DNA of 53,965 bases from Lachnospiraceae bacterium UBA1258. GTDB taxonomy: Bacteria; Bacillota; Clostridia; Lachnospirales; Lachnospiraceae. Location: the NCBI GenBank assembly GCA_002308235.1, contig DBVS01000065.1, positions 11,492 through 65,456 on the forward strand. The letters are read 5' to 3'. Position numbers and translations under genes: made by a program. This document shows positions 1-9,376 of the stretch, one piece after another. Every line of letters starts with the position of its first letter. Position 1 is the first letter of the stretch. The notes under the pieces are model-generated. The model was given only the letters and a program-made list of their open reading frames with translations, was not told the origin of the DNA and did not search any database.

Positions 1-756
1 GAGTTACTTCCTTCTGACGGTACTCTTGTCATGAACGGAGAGATCTCAAACCCCGGAGAGATCACCGGAAACTTAAAGGGAAGCCTCCTTACCTACGGCT
101 TCGATCCGGCTTTTGATTATTATGCCGACTCCGTAACTTATGATAATGAGGGCCACCCTTCCTTTATCTGTCACGAAAAAGCAACGGGCGTAAGTTTTCC
201 CGTAACTCTGGCCCTTACCGGACGCCACAATGTTTCAAATTCCCTTGCCGCCATAGCCGCCGCGAGGAGACTCGGAATATCTCACGAAGTTATTGCGGAT
301 GCCCTTAAAAACTGCTCCGGTTCCAAGAGACGTTTCGAAAAGCGCGGGGAGCTTAACGGCGCACTTATTATCGACGATTTTGCACATCATCCTTCGGAAA
401 TAAAAGCAACCCTTACCGCCGCAAGAAACCTGCCCCACCACGATCTCTGGGTTGTTTTTCAGCCCCATACCTACACCCGTACGAAGGCCTTTCTTCATGA
501 GTTTGCGGAGGCGCTTTCCATGGCTGATCACATCATCCTTACGGATGTGTATCCCGCACGAGAAGAGGATATCTACGGCTGCAACTCGGTTAATCTCTAT
601 GAGGAGATAAAGAAACTCGGAGCCGACATCCGGTACATAAAAGATTTTAAAGAAATCGAAAACTGCCTTAAGACAAATTGCACGAAAAATGATTTGTTGA
701 TAACCATGGGTGCCGGAAATGTCGTAAACATCGCAGATAGTCTTACCGCAAAATAG
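1..756 (+). CDS. murC: UDP-N-acetylmuramate--L-alanine ligase, C-terminal part (5' end outside window)
   Basis: Frame is open from base 1. Motifs GRHNVSN, GSKRRFE, DDFAHHPSEI, VFQPHTYTRT and LITMGAG are typical of MurC. Confidence 0.95.
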   Translation, partial: ELLPSDGTLVMNGEISNPGEITGNLKGSLLTYGFDPAFDYYADSVTYDNEGHPSFICHEKATGVSFPVTLALTGRHNVSNSLAAIAAARRLGISHEVIADALKNCSGSKRRFEKRGELNGALIIDDFAHHPSEIKATLTAARNLPHHDLWVVFQPHTYTRTKAFLHEFAEALSMADHIILTDVYPAREEDIYGCNSVNLYEEIKKLGADIRYIKDFKEIENCLKTNCTKNDLLITMGAGNVVNIADSLTAK

Positions 757-884
757 TTATCCACATTATCCACAAATTTTGAAGGATTTTCGGCCTTCAA
801 AACTTGTGGATTATTTTTTCCCAAAAATACGATATATCGACCCTTCTTCGAAGTGGGAAATCCACCTTTTCCACAATGTCCACA
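757..884. promoter_or_regulatory. DnaA-box cluster
   Basis: Perfect tandem TTATCCACA at 757-765 and 766-774; inverted TGTGGATTA at 805-813; further tandem 9-mers AAATCCACC (858-866), TTTTCCACA (867-875) and ATGTCCACA (876-884). Confidence 0.8.
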
Positions 885-933
885 AATTCCCTGAAAGCCT
901 TGTGGTTGCTGGCTTTTCGTGAATTTTTCCTAT

Positions 934-961
934 TTGATTTTATCCCTTTTCATGCTACAAT
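934..961 (+). promoter_or_regulatory. Putative sigma-A promoter of the dnaD-like/dnaC-like/prs operon
   Basis: TTGATT (934-939), 16-bp spacer, extended -10 TG-C-TACAAT (953-961). Confidence 0.5.
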
Positions 962-1053
962 CCTTCTTGCTTGAATTTATTCGGAGAGCCCAAGGTTTTC
1001 CCCATAAATTTACGCAAAATGGGCCCACGGTCCAAAAACAGGTGAGAGACAGT

Positions 1054-2151
1054 ATGAGTTCGTTGACAATCTATAAGGATAATTATTCGGAGTGCACCGC
1101 CATATGCAATCGTTTTATCGATGAGTATATGATCGATGCCAACGATGCACAAATAAAGGTTTATCTTTATCTGATTCGGATGATGAGCGCCAACAGGGAA
1201 ACCGATATTTCCGACATGGCAGACAAGTTCAATCATACCGAAAAGGATATCTTACGCTCGCTTAAATACTGGGAAAAGAAACGCCTTCTTTCTCTCGAAT
1301 ACGACGGACCCACCCTGACGGGCATTCGGCTTACGGATCCCGAGGGCTGCTCCAGGATTCCCGAAAGGCAACCCGCTCCCATCGTTCCCATCAAGCTCTC
1401 CCCGGAATCTGCCGAAAAGAGTGTTGCGCCCGAGAGGGTAGTTACCCCCGAGAGGGTTATCGCTCCCGAAAGGGTTCTTGTTCCGGTAAACGACTGGTCG
1501 GTAAATCGCACCTACTCCCGCGATGAACTTAAAAACTTCAAGGATAATCCCGAAACCGGACAGCTTCTTTTTATTGCAGAGACCTACTTAAACAGACAGC
1601 TCGCTCATTCGGACATCGAGACACTCTACTTTATCAGGACCGAACTTTCCTTTACCTGCGAGCTTGTGGATTATCTGCTTCAATATTGCATCAGCAAGGA
1701 TAAAAAATCCTTTGCCTATATCAGAAAAGTCGCCATCGACTGGGCCGAGAACGGCATCACCACCGTCAGACAGGCCAAGGCATACGTCAGAAGTTCCTTT
1801 GACAAGAGCGTTTACACTGTAATGAAGCTCCTTGGAAGAAACAGCGTTCCGACAGTCAAAGAGGCTGAGATCATCACCAAATGGAGCAAGGAATATTGCT
1901 TTACCATGGAGATAATCGAGGAGGCCTGCAACCGTACGGTCCTGGCCACCGACTCTCATCGCCTCGAATATTGCGACAAGGTTCTTTCCTCCTGGAAACA
2001 GAAGGGAATCAGAGACAAGCTCGATATAACTGCCGCAGACAATACATATAAAAAATCTAAAACGGTACAGACCTCAAAGAACTCCTTCAATCAGTTTCAG
2101 CAAAATGATTACGATTTTGCCGCACTTGAGCAGAAACTCTTAAGTAACTGA
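1054..2151 (+). CDS. DnaD/DnaB-like replication initiation protein (two DnaB_2-type domains)
   Basis: N-terminal NRFIDEYM..AQIKVYLYL; two C-terminal repeats ending YIRKVAIDWAENGITT and YCDKVLSSWKQKGI. Start moved to ATG 1054, which has an AGGTGA SD. Confidence 0.85.
   Translation: MSSLTIYKDNYSECTAICNRFIDEYMIDANDAQIKVYLYLIRMMSANRETDISDMADKFNHTEKDILRSLKYWEKKRLLSLEYDGPTLTGIRLTDPEGCSRIPERQPAPIVPIKLSPESAEKSVAPERVVTPERVIAPERVLVPVNDWSVNRTYSRDELKNFKDNPETGQLLFIAETYLNRQLAHSDIETLYFIRTELSFTCELVDYLLQYCISKDKKSFAYIRKVAIDWAENGITTVRQAKAYVRSSFDKSVYTVMKLLGRNSVPTVKEAEIITKWSKEYCFTMEIIEEACNRTVLATDSHRLEYCDKVLSSWKQKGIRDKLDITAADNTYKKSKTVQTSKNSFNQFQQNDYDFAALEQKLLSN
1423..1485 (+). repeat. 18-bp tandem repeat (~3.5 copies) encoding (V/I)(A/T)PERV in the linker of the DnaD-like protein
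   Basis: gttgcgcccgagagggta / gttacccccgagagggtt / atcgctcccgaaagggtt / cttgttccg. Confidence 0.85.
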
Positions 2152-2182
2152 CAATCCCGCACACAGAGGATGGGTGACTATT

Positions 2183-3142
2183 ATGGGTTTAACCAACGAG
2201 CAGTATGACGAAATATCCAGAGAGTACGAAAACATCAGGCTGAAGAACCGCCACATTGCAGAATCCCGCCGTGATTACGTATACAAGAACGTTGAAGGCT
2301 ATCGTGAACTGGACGACTCTGTCGTTTCAATTTCCATGGATATGGCCAAGAAACAGCTTGAAGGAGAGGACGGTATCCTCGAAGAACTTCATGCACTTCT
2401 TGAAGACCTGAAGGATATGAAACGCTCCATGTTAAAGGGTGCCGGTCTGTCCGAAGATTATCTCGATCCGATCTATGACTGTCCCGACTGTCATGATACG
2501 GGTTATATCGGCACGGAACGCTGCCATTGTCTGAAAGACCGCATTTTCAGAAAGTTATACGAGCAATCCAATATAATCGAATACATCAATAAGAACAACT
2601 TCGATACTCTTTCCTACGACTATTATAAGGGTGAAAGTCTCGATCTTTTTTCGCGTTCCGTGGAAGCCTGCAAGGACTTGATCGACAGCTACGGCAAAGA
2701 CTCAAAGAACATCCTTCTTTACGGAACCGTGGGAACCGGAAAGTCCTTCCTTTCCGGCTGTATCGCAAAGGAAATGCTGGACAGAGGACACTCCGTCATA
2801 TACTTCAGCGCGGTTTCTTTCTTTGAGACCGTGGCCAAAGAGGTATTCGGAAACAATTCAAAAGAAGACCTTTACAATCAGCTTGATTATATTTATAATT
2901 GCGACGTGCTGATAATAGACGATCTTGGTACGGAGCTTACCAATTCCTTTGTGGAATCAAGGCTTTTCCATATTATCAATGAGAGAAACCTTCGGGGCAG
3001 ATCAACGGTAATCTCCACCAACCTCTCCTTGGAAGAACTTCGCGGAGTCTATTCCGACCGAATCTTCTCAAGACTTGTGAGCACATATACAATCTGCAAA
3101 CTGACAGGCCCCGACATACGAATGTTAAAGAAATTATCGTAA
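2183..3142 (+). CDS. DnaC/DnaI-like AAA+ helicase loader
   Basis: Zn motif CPDCHDTG..CHC, Walker A GTVGTGKS, Walker B LIIDDLGTE, ISTNLS, and DRIFSRL. ATG 2183 preferred over GTG 2174. Confidence 0.88.
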   Translation: MGLTNEQYDEISREYENIRLKNRHIAESRRDYVYKNVEGYRELDDSVVSISMDMAKKQLEGEDGILEELHALLEDLKDMKRSMLKGAGLSEDYLDPIYDCPDCHDTGYIGTERCHCLKDRIFRKLYEQSNIIEYINKNNFDTLSYDYYKGESLDLFSRSVEACKDLIDSYGKDSKNILLYGTVGTGKSFLSGCIAKEMLDRGHSVIYFSAVSFFETVAKEVFGNNSKEDLYNQLDYIYNCDVLIIDDLGTELTNSFVESRLFHIINERNLRGRSTVISTNLSLEELRGVYSDRIFSRLVSTYTICKLTGPDIRMLKKLS

Positions 3143-3164
3143 AGAAAGAGAGGATTCTTTTTTA

Positions 3165-4352
3165 ATGGCACCGCGTGAAGAAAAAAGAAATCTTGAAACC
3201 ATTCCCGTCGGTTCTCTGGGAATAATTCCCCTTGAAAGCTGCAAGGAGCTGGGACAGAAAGTCGATTCCTATCTCGTCAGATGGCGTGAGGAACGTGAGA
3301 GCGAGCACAAAGAAAGCCTTGCTTTCGCCGGGTATATGAGACCTTCCTACATACTCGATGCGAAGGTTCCCCGTTTCGGATCGGGCGAAGCAAAGGGACT
3401 GATCCTTGAATCGGTTCGCGGTACCGACCTTTATATCATGGTTGACGTCTGCAACTACTCTCTTACTTACTCCATGGGCGGACACGAAAATCACATGTCT
3501 CCCGACGATCACTATCAGGATTTAAAGAGAATCATCGCCGCAGTAGGCGGAAAGGCCAGAAGGATCACCGTGATCATGCCTTTCCTCTACGAATCCAGAC
3601 AGCATAAGCGTACCAGCAGAGAATCTTTGGACTGTGCCATGGCGCTTCAGGAAATGACTTCCATGGGTGTAGACAACATCATTACCTTCGATGCTCATGA
3701 CCCCAGAGTACAGAACGCAATTCCTCTTCACGGATTTGAAACCATTCAGCCCGCATATCAGTTTATCAAGGGACTCCTTAAGAATGTTAAGGGCCTCCAG
3801 ATCGACGCGGACCACATGATGATCATAAGCCCCGATGAAGGCGGCATGAGCAGGGCGATCTATCTTGCCAACGTTCTCGGTCTTGATATGGGTATGTTCT
3901 ACAAGCGCCGCGATTACACCAAGGTCGTAAACGGACGCAACCCCATTGTTGCTCACGAGTTCCTGGGTTCCAGCGTAGACGGCAAGGATGTTATCATCGT
4001 CGATGACATGATTTCCTCAGGTGAAAGCGTTTTGGAAGTTGCCGCAAACCTTAAGGCCAGAAAGGCAAACAGAATCTTCGTATTCGCTTCCTTCGGTCTG
4101 TTCACCAGCGGACTTGACAGATTCGATAAGGCTTATGCGGACGGTACCATTACAAGAGTGCTTACCACGAACCTTATTTACCAGTCTCCCGAACTTCTTT
4201 CCAGAGAATGGTACATAAGCTGCGATCTCAGCAAATATATCGCTTACATCATCGATACCCTTAACCACGACGCATCCATCAGCGATCTTCTCATTCCCAA
4301 CGAAAGGATCCAGCGCATCGTTAACCGTTACAAGATGGGTGAACTCGACTGA
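3165..4352 (+). CDS. prs: Ribose-phosphate pyrophosphokinase
   Basis: RFGSGE, MPFLYESRQ, ITFDAHD, ISPDEGG and the PRPP-binding motif IIVDDMISSGES. Confidence 0.95.
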   Translation: MAPREEKRNLETIPVGSLGIIPLESCKELGQKVDSYLVRWREERESEHKESLAFAGYMRPSYILDAKVPRFGSGEAKGLILESVRGTDLYIMVDVCNYSLTYSMGGHENHMSPDDHYQDLKRIIAAVGGKARRITVIMPFLYESRQHKRTSRESLDCAMALQEMTSMGVDNIITFDAHDPRVQNAIPLHGFETIQPAYQFIKGLLKNVKGLQIDADHMMIISPDEGGMSRAIYLANVLGLDMGMFYKRRDYTKVVNGRNPIVAHEFLGSSVDGKDVIIVDDMISSGESVLEVAANLKARKANRIFVFASFGLFTSGLDRFDKAYADGTITRVLTTNLIYQSPELLSREWYISCDLSKYIAYIIDTLNHDASISDLLIPNERIQRIVNRYKMGELD

Positions 4353-4363
4353 TATAATAAAAG

Positions 4364-4391
4364 AAAAGCACGGCACAGGCCGTGCTTTTTT
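4364..4391. terminator. Bidirectional intrinsic terminator
   Basis: aaaagcacggc-acag-gccgtgctttttt between convergent genes. Confidence 0.85.
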
Positions 4392-4408
4392 ATTTCATTC
4401 GATTTGAA

Positions 4409-6937
4409 TCATGAATTCGGAACATAGGTTATAAACTGATTCCCGTTTTCGAAGAAGAGCTTCTTTGCTTCGTTTAAGCCTATTTTATATGTACCCTTTT
4501 TCGGATCGTACACCACTATGGCAAGCTGGTTATATCCGATCACAAGATAAGTATCCTCGGTGTGGGTAAGCGCCAGCACCGGAATGTCTCTGTTCACGTA
4601 GTAAAGAATGCTGTCAAGCTCACAGCCTGTCAAGTTCAGGACATCCGCATCGGGAAGGGCTGCGGAAAGCACGTCGGTAACCGAATTCCCGATTCCCAGC
4701 AGATATTCCGAGTTTCTGACGGCGCCCTCGTATTCCGCCACCAGATCAAGGCAAAATGCCAGCTGATTCAGGCCTTCCGCAGGTGCGGCCTGAAGGGACA
4801 GGTTCATGATCTGATTTCTTAAATCCCTGTTAGCCCTGTACCATACGTAGAAGCCCTTGTTGTTTACGACCACGCCGTAATTTAAGTTTGCTTCCCGGAC
4901 TGCGTTTGCGGGGTTTGTATAGATGCTCTGCAATTTACCGCCGTAATAGACATAGTAATATTCTCTGTCGTTTTCGGTGTTCTCAAGTGCTATCTCTCTG
5001 GTGCCTTCCTTAATGACTTCCTTCGGGGAAAGCGCCACCGTACTCCCCTTTACATCCTTCTTTAAAAGGATCCTCACAACGGTCTGATAATTTGAAAAAG
5101 AAAAGAGATTTATCCGGTTCTGCTGCTCTTCTTTTTTCCGGTTATTGGATATGTAATCGTCGCTGTCTTCAACGTAGCCTTTTTCGGTCTTTTTCACGCG
5201 GTTAAGGGTAAGAAGGTTATCGCTTACCCTGACGCCCGTCACGTAAATATCCTCGGCGCCGTATTCATATTGTTTCAGGATCTCGCCGAACTTACTCTGG
5301 ATCTTTAACACATACATGGGGAAGATCGTTCGCCCGGTATTGTCGGTGACCACATCGTCCCTGAAAGCAAAACCGTAAACAAAATCCTCGCCCATGAAAG
5401 CCAGAGGCTTGACATACTGACCCTTCGGGGCAGTGATCTCGGTTATCTGCTTCGTGTTAAGGTTCATGAGCATCAGTTTCTCACAGGCGTTAACGTCATC
5501 ACCCTCCTGCCATACCATCATGGTCGCATTGTCGGAAACCGTGTACTTGTTTTCTTTAAGATCCTTTACCAGAATGTCGCTTTCTTTGCTTTCCACATTG
5601 ACCGTATAAATGGTCTTATCCAGCATGAAATAGAACAGTCCGTCGCGGCTTAAGAAGGACAGTTCCTCCATGTCTCTCTGTACCATTTCCGGCGACTCGT
5701 CCGAAGGCACAAAGAAAAGCTCTTCCACAACGTTTGTAACGCCGTTGTACCTGTAAAAAGCAACCCCGACTCTGCCTTCGTAAAGCCCTCTGTTCATATA
5801 GCCGTACACCACAAAGGAAACATTCCCGGCCTCATCCACGGTGAGAGCCTTCACCGAATGATCGTCTCTGACGGTTCGCGCGTCAAAATTGTCCTTGTCA
5901 TAGAAGGAAAAGAGTCTTGCAATCTTATTTTCGCTTACATTAAAGGAATAAAGCCTGTTGGCGTCGCAAAAAGCAAGGACATTACCGTCGTCGCTTTCTA
6001 TGAGCCCGATGTTTTCATCGCAGATCCCCAGGAGAATGTCCTCTTTTCTGATAAGGTCCCTTTCTTCGTCCGGGATCAGGTTCATGGTCCTTTGATAGTC
6101 AAGAAGGTAAGTTTCCTTCGGTGTATATTTGATCCTGTAATATTCCTTTACAAAAAACTTCTTTTCTCCGGTGCTCTCTTTCAAGGTTGCAATGTAATCG
6201 ACCGTGAAAATCCCGGTTTCGGAAGCAAGTTCTTTTATTGTAAATACGGGAGTTTCGCGCTTGATGTTTAAACCTGCGAAAGCCAGCTGCTTCATGGAGC
6301 TGTGGATATTTACCCTGGCCAAAGTGGAGTTATCCCCAAGATAGTTTGACTCCATGTAACTTTTCAAAGCATCGTTTGTATCAAGAGACGCTTCCAGTTC
6401 CCAGAAATCCCGGACAAACTTAAGTTTCTCCTTGCCGCAGTAGGAGGGCGCCTCGATGATCTTGGTATGATACATGACGCTGTCGCCGTTTGAAAGGTCC
6501 AGATAGATCTGCATGCTGTATTCGTTATACTCGCGGATCAGATCTTTAAAGGTGACGGAAGCGGCAATGGTATAGTCATCTTCGGCGTACTCGGTTATGG
6601 GTATGTTTTCGATAAGTCTGTCGCCGTTGGAGGTTCGAACCTTGACGGTGATCCCCTGTATGTTTTGCCCGAATTTGACTATATCAAAAGTAACCCCTCT
6701 GGAATCATCCAGGGGAGTGATGTTTTCCCGAAGCAGTCCCACATCCATATCCGATGTATAACCATAGAGCTCGTTAACACGCTCTCCCGCTATTTTCATG
6801 TATATAACGGGAAGTGTTGCCCTTGACATGGTTCTTGTGGTGTTAACGTTTCCCCGGTTCATGATGGCACCGGAAATGAAAAGCGTTGCCACAAAGACTG
6901 CCAATGCAGTTATAGCCTTTAAAACAGTTTTCTTCAT
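4409..6937 (-). CDS. Large exported/membrane-anchored hypothetical protein (842 aa)
   Basis: Long ORF with an N-terminal basic+hydrophobic segment; its start overlaps the upstream stop by 4 nt. No catalytic motif recognised with confidence. Confidence 0.8.
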   Translation of the reverse strand: MKKTVLKAITALAVFVATLFISGAIMNRGNVNTTRTMSRATLPVIYMKIAGERVNELYGYTSDMDVGLLRENITPLDDSRGVTFDIVKFGQNIQGITVKVRTSNGDRLIENIPITEYAEDDYTIAASVTFKDLIREYNEYSMQIYLDLSNGDSVMYHTKIIEAPSYCGKEKLKFVRDFWELEASLDTNDALKSYMESNYLGDNSTLARVNIHSSMKQLAFAGLNIKRETPVFTIKELASETGIFTVDYIATLKESTGEKKFFVKEYYRIKYTPKETYLLDYQRTMNLIPDEERDLIRKEDILLGICDENIGLIESDDGNVLAFCDANRLYSFNVSENKIARLFSFYDKDNFDARTVRDDHSVKALTVDEAGNVSFVVYGYMNRGLYEGRVGVAFYRYNGVTNVVEELFFVPSDESPEMVQRDMEELSFLSRDGLFYFMLDKTIYTVNVESKESDILVKDLKENKYTVSDNATMMVWQEGDDVNACEKLMLMNLNTKQITEITAPKGQYVKPLAFMGEDFVYGFAFRDDVVTDNTGRTIFPMYVLKIQSKFGEILKQYEYGAEDIYVTGVRVSDNLLTLNRVKKTEKGYVEDSDDYISNNRKKEEQQNRINLFSFSNYQTVVRILLKKDVKGSTVALSPKEVIKEGTREIALENTENDREYYYVYYGGKLQSIYTNPANAVREANLNYGVVVNNKGFYVWYRANRDLRNQIMNLSLQAAPAEGLNQLAFCLDLVAEYEGAVRNSEYLLGIGNSVTDVLSAALPDADVLNLTGCELDSILYYVNRDIPVLALTHTEDTYLVIGYNQLAIVVYDPKKGTYKIGLNEAKKLFFENGNQFITYVPNS

Positions 6938-8103
6938 AATCTGCCGGATTCCGAAAGTAATCTTACCAGTGTAATGTCGGCTCCTGCGGTTTCCTCAAGG
7001 AGTCTTTCTTTCGAAGGATCGACTTTTCTCATGGAGGTGCGCTTTACGGCCCGAATAAGAAGGTTTTTCGGCGTATGCTCCATATCTATAAATTCAAGTA
7101 TATCCGTATCATATCCGATGGCCTTTAGGGTATTTGCGCGCATTGCGTCGGTCATGACCGCGGCCAGTCTGTCTTTTAAGATGCCGTAGTCCGTAACGCC
7201 CCTGAGGCTCGGCGAATCAATCTTTTTGTTAAGTTCATGCTGACAGCAGGGAACTGCCATGATAACGTCCGCGCCCCAGATCACGGCCTTGTAGATCGCA
7301 TAATCCGTGGCGGTATCACAGGCGTGGAGGCTGAAGACCATATCCACGCTCTCAACTCCCGCGAAGTGCTCGATGTCCCCCTCGATGAATTCAAGAGAAT
7401 CATACCTGTATTTATTCTTAAGGCGGTTGCATTCGGCAATTACATCGCTCTTTAAATCAAGGCCGATGATGTGCACGTTCATCTTTTTCTTGGTAACAAG
7501 AAAATGGTAGAGGGCAAAGGTAAGATATGACTTTCCGCATCCGAAATCTATGATGGTGATCTTATCTTTCCCTTCAAAACGGGGCAGGATATCATTCACG
7601 AATTCAAGATACCGATTTATCTGCTTAAATTTATCGTATCTCTGCGCGATGACTCCGCCGTCTTTCTTCATGACACCCAGTTCGACCATTATGGGCACGG
7701 GTTCATCCTCGGGAATGAGATAGTTCTTGGTCCTGTTATGCCCGGTTTCCCTTTTTACGGCACTTACCGTCTTGTTTTTAACAACGGTAACGGTTCCGCG
7801 CTTCCCCGCAAGGACCGTGTATCCTTCGTCTTCCGTTTCAAACAATCCCTGAAGAAACATATCGGGGATCATGGATAAAAGCAGGGGTTTAAGCTCGGCA
7901 GCCGTGTAATTTTCATGTATTTCCTTGTAGGTATTGTTGGATTTTTTCCCTATGACGCTGGTGACCTGATAAAGAATCTTACCTTTAACCGTAACAGGGC
8001 GCAACTTAAGACCCGATTTTAACGCGTCCTTGACGGGCTTTGATAAAACCGCTCTGACTATTTTTCCACCTGTAAATTTATCGATAAGTTCTTCGTAGGT
8101 CAT
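6934..8103 (-). CDS. SAM-dependent methyltransferase (Methyltransf_32-like)
   Basis: KFKQINRYLE, IIDFGCGKSYL, SLHACDTATD, VPCCQHE and EHTPKN. Start moved to ATG 8103 (GAGGA SD). Confidence 0.88.
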   Translation of the reverse strand: MTYEELIDKFTGGKIVRAVLSKPVKDALKSGLKLRPVTVKGKILYQVTSVIGKKSNNTYKEIHENYTAAELKPLLLSMIPDMFLQGLFETEDEGYTVLAGKRGTVTVVKNKTVSAVKRETGHNRTKNYLIPEDEPVPIMVELGVMKKDGGVIAQRYDKFKQINRYLEFVNDILPRFEGKDKITIIDFGCGKSYLTFALYHFLVTKKKMNVHIIGLDLKSDVIAECNRLKNKYRYDSLEFIEGDIEHFAGVESVDMVFSLHACDTATDYAIYKAVIWGADVIMAVPCCQHELNKKIDSPSLRGVTDYGILKDRLAAVMTDAMRANTLKAIGYDTDILEFIDMEHTPKNLLIRAVKRTSMRKVDPSKERLLEETAGADITLVRLLSESGRL

Positions 8104-8113
8104 AAAATCCTCA

Positions 8114-9376
8114 TCAACACAGAACGCCCAGCATCCGCTTCGCTTCCGAAACCTCCGCCGAAGTGCAGTCTTTTCCCGAATATCTTGCTTTTTCATAGAT
8201 CAGGGCAAATTTCTCGGCCGAGTCTTTCTTTTCCTCCGGGAAGCTTGCCGCAAATTCCCTTGCGGTCACATATGAGATTCTGTCCGCAATGCCCGGATTT
8301 TTCTGCACAAGTTTAATATACATGCGTCTGATACGCTTGCTGTTTGACGAAACAAAGTCTTCGCGGCCGGGCTTTTTTACAAACTTTCGACGTGAAATCT
8401 TTTCTCTGACTTCTTCAAAACCGTCGCCCACTTCAACGGTTTTCTCACCCTTTCCGGTCCTGAAGGCGGCCACAAGTTTGATTATCAGATAAGCGATTCC
8501 GAAGATTACGCCGCCCACTATTGCCGCGGAAACCGCAAACATGAAGACCTTCTCCAAAAATACCATTATGGGGGAAGGTTCCTTTGCTTCGAGGGGAAGC
8601 ATGTCCATCATGGACGGCATATTGTTTTCCATCGTCTCCTGCACGATCTCTTCAGCAGCCCCGCCCTGCGGAAACAGCGAAAAGAACCAGCGGAAAAAGG
8701 CCTTGACCGCCCCCTTAAGGAAATCAAGAAACCGTCTTATAAGTGTTCCTTCCAGCAAAAGCGCCCCTGCGGCCAGAAAAATACCCGCCATGATCCCAAC
8801 GGCCGGAAGCGACGACCTTAAGATCGAAGTCGACGGAACGTTGGAAATAAGCCTCCTGTTTAAGTCGTCCTGCTTTAGGAAGCTGACTATGAACAGATTC
8901 AGTATGTAGATCGTGGTATAGAAAAGGGCAAAAGCGCCAATCAGAGTCGTCGAACCCCTTTTCATGTAATTCATGGCTATGATGGCAACCACAAAAGCGA
9001 TGGCGGCCATTTCGGGTGTGATGGGAAGGTCGGTTTTCTTTCCGTCCCTGATCCTCCATACGAAGGAAGCAAGCGCCATTACCGCGTATACCACAACCCC
9101 CATGATCCTGTCTGCCAAAGACAGACCGATAAAATCTGATACAAAGAAAAACAAAACCGGCAGTGAAACATGCAAAAGAACGAACAGGATGAAACTTTTC
9201 ACGTATCTTCTGAATGCATAATAGATAACGGGCACTGCCACAGATGCGCAAAGAAGCGGTACGTTCAGCTTAATTTCAAGCCCGGCACAGACTGTGATCC
9301 AGCCGGTCAGGATCACCATGTAGTTCATCAATACCGCAAAAATACCTTTGATCTTACCAAGCACGGGATATATCAT
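8114..9376 (-). CDS. Multi-pass membrane protein with DUF4129-like C-terminus
   Basis: About 8 hydrophobic segments; C-terminal IRRMY..TAREFA..LIYEKARYS is typical of DUF4129. Third gene of the moxR operon. Confidence 0.75.
   Translation of the reverse strand: MIYPVLGKIKGIFAVLMNYMVILTGWITVCAGLEIKLNVPLLCASVAVPVIYYAFRRYVKSFILFVLLHVSLPVLFFFVSDFIGLSLADRIMGVVVYAVMALASFVWRIRDGKKTDLPITPEMAAIAFVVAIIAMNYMKRGSTTLIGAFALFYTTIYILNLFIVSFLKQDDLNRRLISNVPSTSILRSSLPAVGIMAGIFLAAGALLLEGTLIRRFLDFLKGAVKAFFRWFFSLFPQGGAAEEIVQETMENNMPSMMDMLPLEAKEPSPIMVFLEKVFMFAVSAAIVGGVIFGIAYLIIKLVAAFRTGKGEKTVEVGDGFEEVREKISRRKFVKKPGREDFVSSNSKRIRRMYIKLVQKNPGIADRISYVTAREFAASFPEEKKDSAEKFALIYEKARYSGKDCTSAEVSEAKRMLGVLC

Noticed and set aside
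757-900. DnaA-box cluster as the chromosomal origin oriC
   Set aside because: No dnaA, dnaN or rpmH nearby and no obvious AT-rich unwinding element; a regulatory cluster is more likely.
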